This document shows positions 38,076-47,474 of a stretch of DNA of 64,000 bases, in pieces. Numbering within the stretch: position 1 is the first letter of the stretch; every line of letters begins with the position of its first letter. A program made the translations under genes and the position numbers. Where the stretch lies: assembly GCA_051751125.1 (NCBI GenBank), contig JBNJKO010000009.1, forward strand, positions 62,211 to 126,210. Direction: 5' to 3'. The notes under the pieces were generated by a model. That model was not told the origin of the DNA. It did no database searches and saw only the letters and a list, made by a program, of their open reading frames with translations. This DNA comes from Bacteroidota bacterium. Its GTDB lineage: Bacteria > Bacteroidota > Bacteroidia > Flavobacteriales > Flavobacteriaceae.

Positions 38076-40223
38076 TCATTTCCTTTTAAAAAGATCGGTA
38101 ATGTTTTTCCCTATTTCATCCAGGCTTTGCATAGACTCTAAAATGGAAGGATTTCTTCGGTCGTAGGTAGATATTTCCGAAAAGGTATCCTGAATGGGAT
38201 AAATAAGGATAAAACTATTGTTCTTAAAATATTTATTAAGGTGCACAGGCACCTGAGTCATATTTTTTTGATAGGATATTTTGTTCTTCCTGCTCAACAC
38301 AATGATAAGGTTATCATTCTTCTGGCAAACGCGGGAAAAGATTAGAAAGTCACTCCAGTCATTAAACTCTTCAAATTGACAAGGTACAGGATGTTTTTTA
38401 TGTACCTGCCGGATGTAATTCAACGTCTCTGTAGAACTGTAAAAGACCAAAGTTGCCCCGGTATTCCTTGCTATATTCCACACTTTAATAAGCCAGAAGG
38501 GGAAACCCGCTTCCTTTTCTGCTTTGTCCGGAACCACTATAATATGCCTTTTTATCGTAGATAAAGGTTGAGCCGACTTATATATTAATGTGGTTGTTTT
38601 TGACTTTTCAAGAATTCCTTCTGTAAGATTCCCCAGGTACGAGTCGGAGAGATCACTTTTAATGTGTAACCCTAAAATAAGATCGCTAATGTTGTGTTCT
38701 TTTATTACGCTCTTAATCCCGTTTCCAATGTTTTGGTCATACCTAAGTAATTCAGTTAAAATATTATCGGTGGAAGCGGCAGTAACAGCTGCTTTAACCA
38801 GCAGTTTTTGGGCATTTTTATCTGCGCTCTCCTCTGTAGCATTGTTATTTACCACACTTAGAGCATAAAGTCCGGTTTTATTATTTTTGGATTTTACGGT
38901 TACCCCTAAATTAATAAGTTCATCTGTGGTATCTATATTACTTACAGGAATTAATATTCTTTCCTGAATATCAATTTCATCATCTCCTGGCTCAGGGGCT
39001 TCAGATAAAGCTAGGTTTTTTGCACCTTTTTGTGCAACAAAAGAGGCAATGGTACAGGTGATCAGGATCATTAAAATAGTTCCATTCAGGATACTTTCAT
39101 CAAGTAACCTGATAGGCTCTCCCGCAGCGTCTTCCCCAAGAATTATGTTATAACCTACTAATACAGCTGCCAGGGTAGCCGCTGCCTGCGCATTGCTTAA
39201 TCCAAAAATTAGCCTTCGTTCGTCAAGGGTATAATTGTAGGTTTTTTGTGTAAGCCAGGCAGCAATAAATTTTGCTGAAGTAGCCATTATGGTCATTACA
39301 GCGGCAACCTTAATAGTGTCCAGATCTTTGAAAAAGGCCCTGTAATCTATCAACATTCCCACACCTATCAGGAAAAATGGAATAAAAATAGCGCTGCCCA
39401 CAAATTCGATTCGGTTCATAAGAGGCGACGTATGCGGAATAAGCCGGTTCAAAGACAGTCCAGCCAGGAAAGCTCCAATTATGGCCTCTATTCCTGCCAA
39501 TTCAGCAAGAACGGCTCCCAAGAAAACCATAACCAAAACAAAAATGTATTGGGAGACATTATCTTCAAATCGTTTGAAAAACCAACGTGCTATTATTGGA
39601 AACAGAAAGATCACGATAAGGCCAAAGATTAAAATGGAAATAGATAACCTTACCCAAAATGCAGTATTCACTTCCCCTTCAGACATTCCAACTATTACAG
39701 CAAGCACTAATAAAGCAAGTGTATCTGTGATCATGGTTCCTCCCACAGTAATATTTACAGCTCTGTTCTTTGCTACTCCAAGTTTACTTATAAGAGGATA
39801 GGCTATCAATGTATGCGAAGCAAACATACTGGCAAGCAAAACAGAAGTCATTATAGAAAAATTCAGCACATATATTCCTGCCAGTGTACCCAGGATCATA
39901 GGAATAAGGAAAGTATACAACCCAAAAACCATACTTTTCTTGCTGTTCTTCTTAAAATCTGCTAGATCGATCTCCAGGCCGGCAAGAAACATAATATATA
40001 AAAGCCCTGCGGTTCCCGAAAGGATGATACTGCTGTCTCTCTCCATAAGATTGAATCCGTTTGGTCCAATAACAGCTCCTGCGATTATAAGCCCAAGCAA
40101 ATGTGGGATCTTTATCTTATTAAGAATAATGGGGGCAAACAGAATGATCACCAGGATCAACAGAAATTTGAGAACAGGATTGGTTAGCGGAAGGGTAGCG
40201 TCGTAAATATTTAAAAAGAACAT
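38076..40223 (-). CDS. CPA2 cation:proton antiporter with a C-terminal USP-like domain; start moved from 40283 to 40223
   Basis: GLLYIMFLAGLEID, ASHTL, GGTMITD and IIGAFLAGL. A -7 element TATTTTTG at 40262-40269 lies inside the longer N-terminus. Confidence 0.88.
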   Translation of the reverse strand: MFFLNIYDATLPLTNPVLKFLLILVIILFAPIILNKIKIPHLLGLIIAGAVIGPNGFNLMERDSSIILSGTAGLLYIMFLAGLEIDLADFKKNSKKSMVFGLYTFLIPMILGTLAGIYVLNFSIMTSVLLASMFASHTLIAYPLISKLGVAKNRAVNITVGGTMITDTLALLVLAVIVGMSEGEVNTAFWVRLSISILIFGLIVIFLFPIIARWFFKRFEDNVSQYIFVLVMVFLGAVLAELAGIEAIIGAFLAGLSLNRLIPHTSPLMNRIEFVGSAIFIPFFLIGVGMLIDYRAFFKDLDTIKVAAVMTIMATSAKFIAAWLTQKTYNYTLDERRLIFGLSNAQAAATLAAVLVGYNIILGEDAAGEPIRLLDESILNGTILMILITCTIASFVAQKGAKNLALSEAPEPGDDEIDIQERILIPVSNIDTTDELINLGVTVKSKNNKTGLYALSVVNNNATEESADKNAQKLLVKAAVTAASTDNILTELLRYDQNIGNGIKSVIKEHNISDLILGLHIKSDLSDSYLGNLTEGILEKSKTTTLIYKSAQPLSTIKRHIIVVPDKAEKEAGFPFWLIKVWNIARNTGATLVFYSSTETLNYIRQVHKKHPVPCQFEEFNDWSDFLIFSRVCQKNDNLIIVLSRKNKISYQKNMTQVPVHLNKYFKNNSFILIYPIQDTFSEISTYDRRNPSILESMQSLDEIGKNITDLFKRK

Positions 40224-40490
40224 ATTATATTTTTTAAGGGGATCCGGTATCTTATGCCGGTCAAAAATACAACATTTAAACAATTCAAAAATTCACAGAT
40301 CTGAAGGATCCTTTATCCTAAAAATCAGTAATTTGAAGGATTTATTTTAAATTAATTTAGTTTCAGAAATTTAAAATAATCAAAAAAAAACACCCTATTT
40401 TTCATCCTAGATCAAAGTGTATATTTAAAATTTTTAAACTTTTCTCTTTCATCGGAAAATACTTAATTGCCAGTGAGAATTTGCCTGAGT

Positions 40491-40967
40491 CTACTCCTCT
40501 AATTTCTCAAGCTCCAACCTGTAATCATATTGAAGGTCTTCATGCAGCGTTGAAATAATCTTCTCAGCCAAAGCCAATTGACGCTCATAGAGATTTAGAA
40601 GCGTAGTATTTCTTGTGATAGAAGGTTTAAAAGTTTTTAATTTTGAACAAAAATAGATGAGTAATTCTACCTCGGTTTCCTTTTTTTGGGAATACCGGCT
40701 GTATTTTTTTATGTACCGGAGGATTTTCCTAATACTCTTTTTTATAAAATAATAACTGCTGGTATTGATAGCATCAAATTCCAGATCGATCTCATTTTTT
40801 ACACTTTCAATATACCCGGTTTCATCGGCAAATTCAAACAGCAAATAAGTTAATAATTCCTTATTCTCCTTTTTAAATTTGGAGAGCCTGAGGCAAATCT
40901 CCAGCAATTCCTCAGGAGACCGATAAGAAAGTTCTTTTTTAAGCTGACTTACAGTTGCGGCTTTCAT
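40491..40967 (-). CDS. Conserved hypothetical helical protein
   Basis: 158-aa ORF co-oriented with its neighbours, 5-nt gap to the upstream gene. Confidence 0.75.
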   Translation of the reverse strand: MKAATVSQLKKELSYRSPEELLEICLRLSKFKKENKELLTYLLFEFADETGYIESVKNEIDLEFDAINTSSYYFIKKSIRKILRYIKKYSRYSQKKETEVELLIYFCSKLKTFKPSITRNTTLLNLYERQLALAEKIISTLHEDLQYDYRLELEKLEE

Positions 40968-40972
40968 TGAAT

Positions 40973-41413
40973 TTATCTTTCCTTATTTTTTCTCATTTCG
41001 TCTTTCCGCATTGGCATGGAATCTATGGTGCCAAAAAGTTTTTCACAGGAAATTAGCTCTGATTGATCTATCTTTATTCCACCATCCAAACCTATGAGCA
41101 GAACCTGAAATCCCGGTTTGTTTCCATTATACTTTTTATAGATATCCGGTGAATTTTTCCATTCCCCTGCAGTTTCCAGTCCCTTCCGAAATTTATACTT
41201 TGTACTTTGGTAAACAATGAGTTTCCGGTCTTCAATTCCTTTGAGGCAATTGCTTAATTCTTCCAACTGCTTCTTATAGACCATATCTTCAGTATCTTCT
41301 GAAAGCAGAATAAGAAGCCTGTTTTCCCATTTATGCACAGAAAGATCCTGTGCGCTTAAAGTCGTCATAGAAGTCAGTATTAGTATTATTAAAATGGTCT
41401 GGAATCGGATCAT
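40973..41413 (-). CDS. DUF4174-like secreted protein
   Basis: Signal peptide, WENRLLIL, LIGLDGGIK and IDSMPMR motifs. Confidence 0.8.
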   Translation of the reverse strand: MIRFQTILIILILTSMTTLSAQDLSVHKWENRLLILLSEDTEDMVYKKQLEELSNCLKGIEDRKLIVYQSTKYKFRKGLETAGEWKNSPDIYKKYNGNKPGFQVLLIGLDGGIKIDQSELISCEKLFGTIDSMPMRKDEMRKNKER

Positions 41414-41622
41414 ACTTTACAATTAATATAACTGCCAAAAATCTCTTCAGAAATAATTCCTTAATTACTGAAACAGTTTCCTTCTGAAATATAATTCATG
41501 TAATTGGCTTTTAGTGGTACGGATTTTAAGTATTTTATTTCATCTGTTTATATTATTGTTTTTTATTGGTCATATGTAATTCGCATATATTCATCGGTGT
41601 TTGCATCGAGTTGCCGTTATGC

Positions 41623-42237
41623 TCATTTCATTATAACTTCTTCAGAATGTGCCATAAATGAATCCTTTAATCGTTCGATCTTGGAATTGAATTCAGTTGA
41701 AAATATCAAATACTGACACTTTGTAATATGCGGGGGTATACGAATAAGGTCATTATAAGCGCTGTTTTTCAGAAGAAACTCGGCATCGTCTACAATGAAT
41801 AATTTTAACTGACTCACATTTATTCCTGTGGCCTTGAAAAGTTTAAATAATTTGTTTGGAGTGGCAATAACAATGTCAACTCCCTCATAAATTTCCCCTT
41901 TTTGCATATCAAGATCCGGTTGATCATAAGCACTGAATATCCGGAGATCCATATACCTTGTAAAAGTTTTAAATTTATCCTCAAGTTCCAGGGCTGCTTC
42001 CTTGTCTTTCACGACTATAATGGCACGTGGAGCATCTTCAAAAGCTTCACTTTCCAGTTTTTGAATCACACTTATAATCAAGGCTGTGGTTTTTCCACTT
42101 CCTTCAGGAGCAATCCCAAACAGATTCATTCCGCTTTTTATCTTAGACAAAACCTTTTTTTGAAACGGGAGCGGGTTCTCATAATCCAACCTTTCAAGAG
42201 TTTCTTTTAATGGGGTATTTAATTTTTTAAACGACAT
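41623..42237 (-). CDS. Stand-alone DEAD-box-like N-terminal RecA domain with degenerate motifs
   Basis: Q motif PFQ, Walker A GSGKT, ATPNKL and motif II read as DDAE; no helicase C domain. Confidence 0.8.
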   Translation of the reverse strand: MSFKKLNTPLKETLERLDYENPLPFQKKVLSKIKSGMNLFGIAPEGSGKTTALIISVIQKLESEAFEDAPRAIIVVKDKEAALELEDKFKTFTRYMDLRIFSAYDQPDLDMQKGEIYEGVDIVIATPNKLFKLFKATGINVSQLKLFIVDDAEFLLKNSAYNDLIRIPPHITKCQYLIFSTEFNSKIERLKDSFMAHSEEVIMK

Positions 42238-42316
42238 AGTATTCTTCTATTTTTATCTAAAATTATAGCGGAAAGACAACTGCCTTTCGTTTTGTGGTAA
42301 TATATAAAATCTGACA

Positions 42317-45058
42317 TCAATTCCGGGAATTTATTTCAACTGCCTTGGCCCTTTTGTCCTTTTTGGCATTGAATAGTTTAAATAGTTCCATTACCAAAAT
42401 TATGGGAACGGCCAACAGAAGAATATAAAACCATTCACTTACTGTAATAGGTTCAATCCTGAGAATATTTTGCATAAATGGAAGTTGCATGCTCAGTATA
42501 TGGATCCCCTGTGCAATAAGAACTCCAAATACCAGAATTACATTTCTTTTTAGCGGTGTTTTAAAAGCCGAAACCCTTTCAGAACGACAATTGAAAACAT
42601 GGAAGTTTTGCATGAACACCATTAAAAGTAAAATGAGATTCCTGGCATGAAATTCTTCCATTTGAGTATAGTTGTTGAGCCAAAACCAGAACCCAAAAAC
42701 TATAATTCCTATGGTAACGCTGGAAACCAGGGTTTGCTTCACCATTAACGGATTAAAAATTTTCTCTGATGGACTTCTTGGTTTTCGCTTCATGGCTCCG
42801 GGTTCCCCTTTTTCAAAAGCCAGGGCAACATCCTGGATCCCGTTAGTTACAAGGTTAAGCCAAAGCAATTGCACGGCGAGCAAGGGAAGGGGAAGACCGG
42901 CCAAAATCGAACAAATAAAAAGAATTACTTCTGCTGCTCCGGTAGAAATAAGAAGATAAATCACTTTCCGTACATTGTCATATGCAAACCTCCCTTCTTC
43001 TACCCCGGCTACAATCGAAGAGAAATTATCGTCTACTACAATCATAGATCCTACTTCCTTTGCGACATCGGTGCCGGAACCCATAGCTACACCTATATTT
43101 GCCCTTTTTAAAGCCGGAGCATCATTAACTCCATCTCCGGTAACCGCGACAAATTCTCCCTCCCCAATTAAAATATCCACGATCTCCAGTTTTTGCGATG
43201 GCGACACCCTTGCAAACACCGTTGCAGATGCCACAAGGTCTTTATATGTCTTCGTATTTGGCAAATTTGCTTCCTCGAGCATTTTCCCGTTTATCACTTT
43301 GCTATCCTCATTGGCAATTCCCAATTCGCAGGCAAGTGTTTTGGCTGTGGAGGGATGATCTCCGGTAATCATAATAACCTTAATTCCTGCTTTTTTACAA
43401 TCTTCTACCGATTCGATGGCCTCCCTGCGTAATGGATCTATAAACCCTACGAGCCCATAAAAAGTGAGTGTTGGAATATCTTCCGGTTGATAATTTTTTT
43501 TTCTTTCATAATCAGGACTTTTCCTGTTGGCAAAAGCAAGAACTCTATATCCTTGTTTCGCCAATTTATCCGCCTGCTCCAAAATATAACCCCTGTCAAG
43601 TTCAACAGGGGAACCATCAATAGACATAGTATCACAAAAATCAAGAACGGTTTCTACAGCTCCCTTTAGATCGATATTATTGTTTTCACAGAATGCTGCG
43701 GAAAATTTTCTTTCCGATTCGTACGGAATTAAATCTGATGGATCTTTTTCAGCCTTTTCAGGAGCTAATCCAAATTTATAGCTCATTCCCAATAAGGCAA
43801 CATCCATGGAATCGCCATAATGCACCCATTTGTTATTTTCTTTAGTGAGACTGGCTTCATTGGCACAAACTGCGATTCTGCAAATTTTCTGAAGTTCTCT
43901 GTTTTCCGAAAATGATATTTTCCTTTCCGGTTCATCTTTTCGAAAAACGTTACCGTCTCCGTTGTAGCCTTCTCCTTGAATGTGGAAAATACTCCCATCC
44001 GGCAAAACCACTCTTTTGGCAGTTTGTTCATTCACTGTGAGCGTCCCGGTTTTATCACTGGCAATAACGGTGCAACTACCAAGACTTTCAACCGAGTTGA
44101 GTTTGCGTACAATTACATTGCGTTTTGCCATGCGTTTGGCAGCAATAGACAGGGCAACCGTAAGTGCTACTGGTAAACCTTCAGGAATTGCAGAAACTGC
44201 CAGGGCAACCACAAAAAAGAAAATATCCATTAGGCTTGATCCCTGCAAATAAAGCATAACCCCAATGATTAAACTGAGTACCATTATAAAGATGCCTATT
44301 TGCTGTATGAATTTCTCCATACGCTGCACCAGCGGAGGCTTAGCCGACTCCGATTCTGTAACATGCATTGAAATTTTTCCTACTTCAGTTTCTATACCTG
44401 TGGAAACCACCACACCCCAACCACGTCCGTAAAGCACGGTTGAACCGGCAAATGCCATATTAGTTCGTTCTGCAATACCAAGGTTTTCAGAAAGGATACC
44501 GGTTTGTTTTCTTACAGATACGGATTCTCCGGTTAAAAGACTTTCATCTATTTCAAGGCCTGAAGATTCGATAAGCCGAATATCTGCAGGAACCTTAACT
44601 CCCGATTCCAATAAAACCACATCCCCAGGAACCAAGTCTTCTGAAGGTATCAACAATTGTTTTCCCTCCCTCCGCACGCTTGCCTTAATTCTTAAAAGTT
44701 TTTGCAATGAGGCAGCGCTTTTTTCAGCATTGTATTCCTGGTACGTACCAACTGCACTATTGATTAAGATCACAAGAAAAATAAAAATTGCATCTTTAGC
44801 TTCCCCAATTACGATCGAAGCAATTGCAGCAGCGACAAGAATAAATATGAGGGGATTTAGCAACTGGTGAAGGATAATTTCCCACACGGTAACTTTCTTA
44901 CCCTCCGGAAGTTTATTCTCTCCGTAGATTTCACGTCTGGATGTAACTTCCTCTGGGGAAAGACCAACTTTTGAGGCTTTTAACTTATCAAAGATCTCTG
45001 AATCTTCAATCGCATGCCATGCTTCCCCTGAAATTTGTTTTTTTAGTTTCATTCTCAA
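42317..45058 (-). CDS. P-type (type II-like) cation-transporting ATPase
   Basis: DESLLTGES, AIPEGL, DKTGTLT, MITGD and TGDGVNDAPALK. Confidence 0.95.
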   Translation of the reverse strand: MRMKLKKQISGEAWHAIEDSEIFDKLKASKVGLSPEEVTSRREIYGENKLPEGKKVTVWEIILHQLLNPLIFILVAAAIASIVIGEAKDAIFIFLVILINSAVGTYQEYNAEKSAASLQKLLRIKASVRREGKQLLIPSEDLVPGDVVLLESGVKVPADIRLIESSGLEIDESLLTGESVSVRKQTGILSENLGIAERTNMAFAGSTVLYGRGWGVVVSTGIETEVGKISMHVTESESAKPPLVQRMEKFIQQIGIFIMVLSLIIGVMLYLQGSSLMDIFFFVVALAVSAIPEGLPVALTVALSIAAKRMAKRNVIVRKLNSVESLGSCTVIASDKTGTLTVNEQTAKRVVLPDGSIFHIQGEGYNGDGNVFRKDEPERKISFSENRELQKICRIAVCANEASLTKENNKWVHYGDSMDVALLGMSYKFGLAPEKAEKDPSDLIPYESERKFSAAFCENNNIDLKGAVETVLDFCDTMSIDGSPVELDRGYILEQADKLAKQGYRVLAFANRKSPDYERKKNYQPEDIPTLTFYGLVGFIDPLRREAIESVEDCKKAGIKVIMITGDHPSTAKTLACELGIANEDSKVINGKMLEEANLPNTKTYKDLVASATVFARVSPSQKLEIVDILIGEGEFVAVTGDGVNDAPALKRANIGVAMGSGTDVAKEVGSMIVVDDNFSSIVAGVEEGRFAYDNVRKVIYLLISTGAAEVILFICSILAGLPLPLLAVQLLWLNLVTNGIQDVALAFEKGEPGAMKRKPRSPSEKIFNPLMVKQTLVSSVTIGIIVFGFWFWLNNYTQMEEFHARNLILLLMVFMQNFHVFNCRSERVSAFKTPLKRNVILVFGVLIAQGIHILSMQLPFMQNILRIEPITVSEWFYILLLAVPIILVMELFKLFNAKKDKRAKAVEINSRN

Positions 45059-45327
45059 TTAAATTATGAATAGTTCACGTGTATTTTAAATGTGTACAAT
45101 CAATTTTTCAAATCAAATTTGCAGCGGGGAAAGCAAATCTTTAGGTTTAACCCATACATATAAAAGATACTAAAATAATGAATTTTGCCTTATAATTTAA
45201 TCGAAAGCTTTGTGAGATTAATCATTAAACAGCCATATTTCAAAACCTGGAGATTTAACCAGCGAACATTTTATGGCATATTCATTTTAAACGAGCACAT
45301 ATAAACCGGGATTATTATTAAAACTAT

Positions 45328-45385
45328 AACCGACAACAAACGTTTACAAACGAAAGTAAACGAAAACAAACCCTTCACAACCGAC
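45328..45385 (+). repeat. Helically phased decamer array (AAACG every 10 bp) upstream of ssb
   Basis: Consecutive 10-mers cgacaacaaa/cgtttacaaa/cgaaagtaaa/cgaaaacaaa/cccttcacaa, bounded by AACCGAC at 45328 and 45379. Confidence 0.6.
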
Positions 45386-45404
45386 TAAGGTTAGGTGCCT
45401 GCTA

Positions 45405-45412
45405 TAAGTTTG
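45405..45412 (+). promoter_or_regulatory. -7 element TAAGTTTG for ssb
   Basis: Exact TAnnTTTG match 49 nt before the ATG. Confidence 0.55.
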
Positions 45413-45461
45413 TCCTGTTGAAATGAACCAATGATTTTCAACTGCAATAAATTCTATCGTT

Positions 45462-45794
45462 ATGAGCACTTTAAGAAACAAAGTACAATTGATTGGCCAC
45501 GTAGGAAACGAGCCTGAAATCATGAATCTTGAATCCGGTAAAAAACTGGCGAAATTCTCCATCGCTACCAATGAGTCTTACAAAAACTCCAAAGGCGAAA
45601 AGATCACAGACACCCAATGGCACAATATTATCGCCTGGGGCAAAACCGCCGAACTCATCGAAAATTATGTTCCAAAAGGAAAAGAAGTGGGCATTGAAGG
45701 AAAACTTACTTCCCGCAGTTATGAGGACAAGGAAGGCCAAAAGCGCTACATTACAGAAATTGTGTGTAATGAATTGCTGTTGATGGGAAAATAA
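45462..45794 (+). CDS. ssb: Single-stranded DNA-binding protein lacking the acidic C-terminal tail
   Basis: NKVQLIGHVG, FSIATNE, TQWHNIIAWG and EGKLTSRSYEDKEG; ends at ...ELLLMGK (110 aa). Confidence 0.92.
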   Translation: MSTLRNKVQLIGHVGNEPEIMNLESGKKLAKFSIATNESYKNSKGEKITDTQWHNIIAWGKTAELIENYVPKGKEVGIEGKLTSRSYEDKEGQKRYITEIVCNELLLMGK

Positions 45795-45837
45795 GATTCA
45801 ATGCTTATTCTTTATCCTCGAAAAGGGACATTCACTA

Positions 45838-45870
45838 AGTACTCCGTGGAAATATTTTTTCCGGAGTACT
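45838..45870 (+). terminator. Hairpin downstream of ssb, possible terminator
   Basis: AGTACTCC/GGAGTACT plus an inner GGAAA/TTTCC stem, followed by taattttt. Confidence 0.5.
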
Positions 45871-46070
45871 TAATTTTTGAGGTTTCCTCCTCTAAGGAGA
45901 AAAATAATTACTTTGGGAAAAGTTCACGAGCTGTTTCTAAAGAAGAAATATCCGGTATTTTTGATGGATTTCCCGGTCTATAAGAAAGGGCGGGCATCAG
46001 GGGAATTTAATTTAAGAATGGGAATCAAAACCTCGATAAAATTAAACAACGAATGAAGCAGGAAAAAATT

Positions 46071-46116
46071 AAAAAATCCGGGGCAAATCCGCCTGAATGA
46101 TTCGGGTAGGCCCAGG
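46071..46116 (-). terminator. GC-rich hairpin with a minus-strand T-tail after the deacetylase gene
   Basis: CCGCCTGAA-TGA-TTCGGGTAGG (with G-U pairs) next to a plus-strand A-run. Confidence 0.45.
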
Positions 46117-46139
46117 AAAATTAAACTCTCAATGAGGGG

Positions 46140-47042
46140 TTAAAAATAGATCTCCTGTGCCATTCTATAGGTGTTCGCATGGGCTTCAATAATAGTTTTA
46201 ATATCCGGAGAATATCCTCCGCCCATACTCACTTCAACAGGAATTTTATGGTCTTTACAAGTTTGAAGTACAAACCTGTCGCGCTCTTTGCACCCGGCTA
46301 CAGAACAGCCCAGCTTTCCAAGTTTATCGGTAAATAAGATATCTACCCCGCTTAAAAAAAAGATAAAATCGGGCTTTTGTTTTTCAATTAATTCAGGCAG
46401 GGTTTCTTTGAGGATTTTCAGATATTCTTCATCGCCGGTTCCGTCTGCCAGTTCAATATCTAAATCACTGCTTTCTTTTTTAAAGGGGTAATTGTTCTTT
46501 CCGTGCATCGAGAAAGTAAAAACCGAAGAATCATTTTCAAAGATCTCTGCAGTACCATTTCCCTGGTGCACATCCAGATCGACGATTAAAATTTTTTCAG
46601 CCAGTTTTATCTTCTGAAGGTATCGCGCCGCAATTGCCTGATCGTTTAACAAACAAAATGCTTCCCCATGCTTTGTGTAGGCGTGATGGGTTCCACCGGC
46701 TATATTCATTGCTATTCCATATTGCAAAGCAAATTCACTGGCTTTTATGGTTCCATCGGCAATGATTTGCTCACGGTTTACCAGGGCTTCTGAAAGCGGA
46801 AATCCAATTTTTCTTTCTGCCCGTTTATCTAAACATAAATCCTGTAATGACCGGAAATAATTTTCGTCGTGCACCGCGAGAATCACAACTTCTTCTGGCA
46901 TTCCCGGCTTGAAGAAATTGGCTTCGGTACAGCTTCCTTCATGAAGCAACTGTTTTGGAAGCAGCTCATATTTTTCCATTGGAAAACGATGCCCTTCGGG
47001 AAGGGGGTGTTTGTAAATGGGATGGTAAGCGATTTTGAGCAT
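46140..47042 (-). CDS. Histone deacetylase-superfamily (HDAC/AcuC-like) protein
   Basis: HRFPMEKY, AGGTHHA, DLDVHQGNGT, FSMHG and MGGGY. Confidence 0.92.
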   Translation of the reverse strand: MLKIAYHPIYKHPLPEGHRFPMEKYELLPKQLLHEGSCTEANFFKPGMPEEVVILAVHDENYFRSLQDLCLDKRAERKIGFPLSEALVNREQIIADGTIKASEFALQYGIAMNIAGGTHHAYTKHGEAFCLLNDQAIAARYLQKIKLAEKILIVDLDVHQGNGTAEIFENDSSVFTFSMHGKNNYPFKKESSDLDIELADGTGDEEYLKILKETLPELIEKQKPDFIFFLSGVDILFTDKLGKLGCSVAGCKERDRFVLQTCKDHKIPVEVSMGGGYSPDIKTIIEAHANTYRMAQEIYF

Positions 47043-47065
47043 TAATTTTTTTTAGATCCTGTTCT

Positions 47066-47089
47066 GTCAGTTCGAGCGCAGTCGAGAAC
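47066..47089 (+). repeat. GTCA-tagged REP-like hairpin, copy 1
   Basis: GTCA-GTT-CGAGCGCAGTCGAG-AAC, 8 nt from the GIY-YIG stop codon. Confidence 0.85.
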
Positions 47090-47097
47090 CAATGAAG

Positions 47098-47418
47098 TTA
47101 TTCATCTTCAGATTTATGTTTATGATTTGATACATTTCTGCATTCAGCCAGAATCTTTAGCAAATCAAAATCTTTCTCAATTAAAGCTCTTTTCTTTTGA
47201 GCACTCCATCTTTTTATTTTTTTTTCAAAATAAATTGCCTGATTGACATCAATGAATTCCTGGTGGAATTTTAAAGTTACCGGCCTTCTTTTATGAGTAA
47301 AACTACGTTTGTTTAATCCTGAATTATGTTCCGTCAATCTTCGCTCTATATTATTGGTGATACCAGTATATAGCAGTTCATATGAACATTCGAGTATGTA
47401 AACATAGTAGCGCTTCAT
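47098..47418 (-). CDS. Stand-alone GIY-YIG nuclease (UPF0213/YhbQ-YazA-like)
   Basis: YYVYIL...LYTGITNNIERRLTEH...EKKIK, with Y7, Y17, G19, R27, H31 and E65 all present. Confidence 0.92.
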   Translation of the reverse strand: MKRYYVYILECSYELLYTGITNNIERRLTEHNSGLNKRSFTHKRRPVTLKFHQEFIDVNQAIYFEKKIKRWSAQKKRALIEKDFDLLKILAECRNVSNHKHKSEDE

Positions 47419-47443
47419 AAGAATAATTTAGATGACCTACCAA

Positions 47444-47467
47444 CCCCTCGACTGCGCTCGGGGTGAC
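47444..47467 (-). repeat. GTCA-tagged REP-like hairpin, copy 2 (inverted relative to copy 1)
   Basis: Minus strand GTCA-CCC-CGAGCGCAGTCGAG-GGG, ending 25 nt before the GIY-YIG ATG. Confidence 0.85.
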
Positions 47468-47474
47468 CATTGCT

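Noticed and set aside
45059-45180. Riboswitch upstream of the P-type ATPase
   Set aside because: Only a short TTTGC/GCAAA hairpin is seen, with no yybP-ykoY or M-box consensus elements.
45801-45983. 60-aa ORF downstream of ssb as a missing SSB tail or partner
   Set aside because: It has no acidic tip or recognisable motif and spans a terminator-like hairpin.
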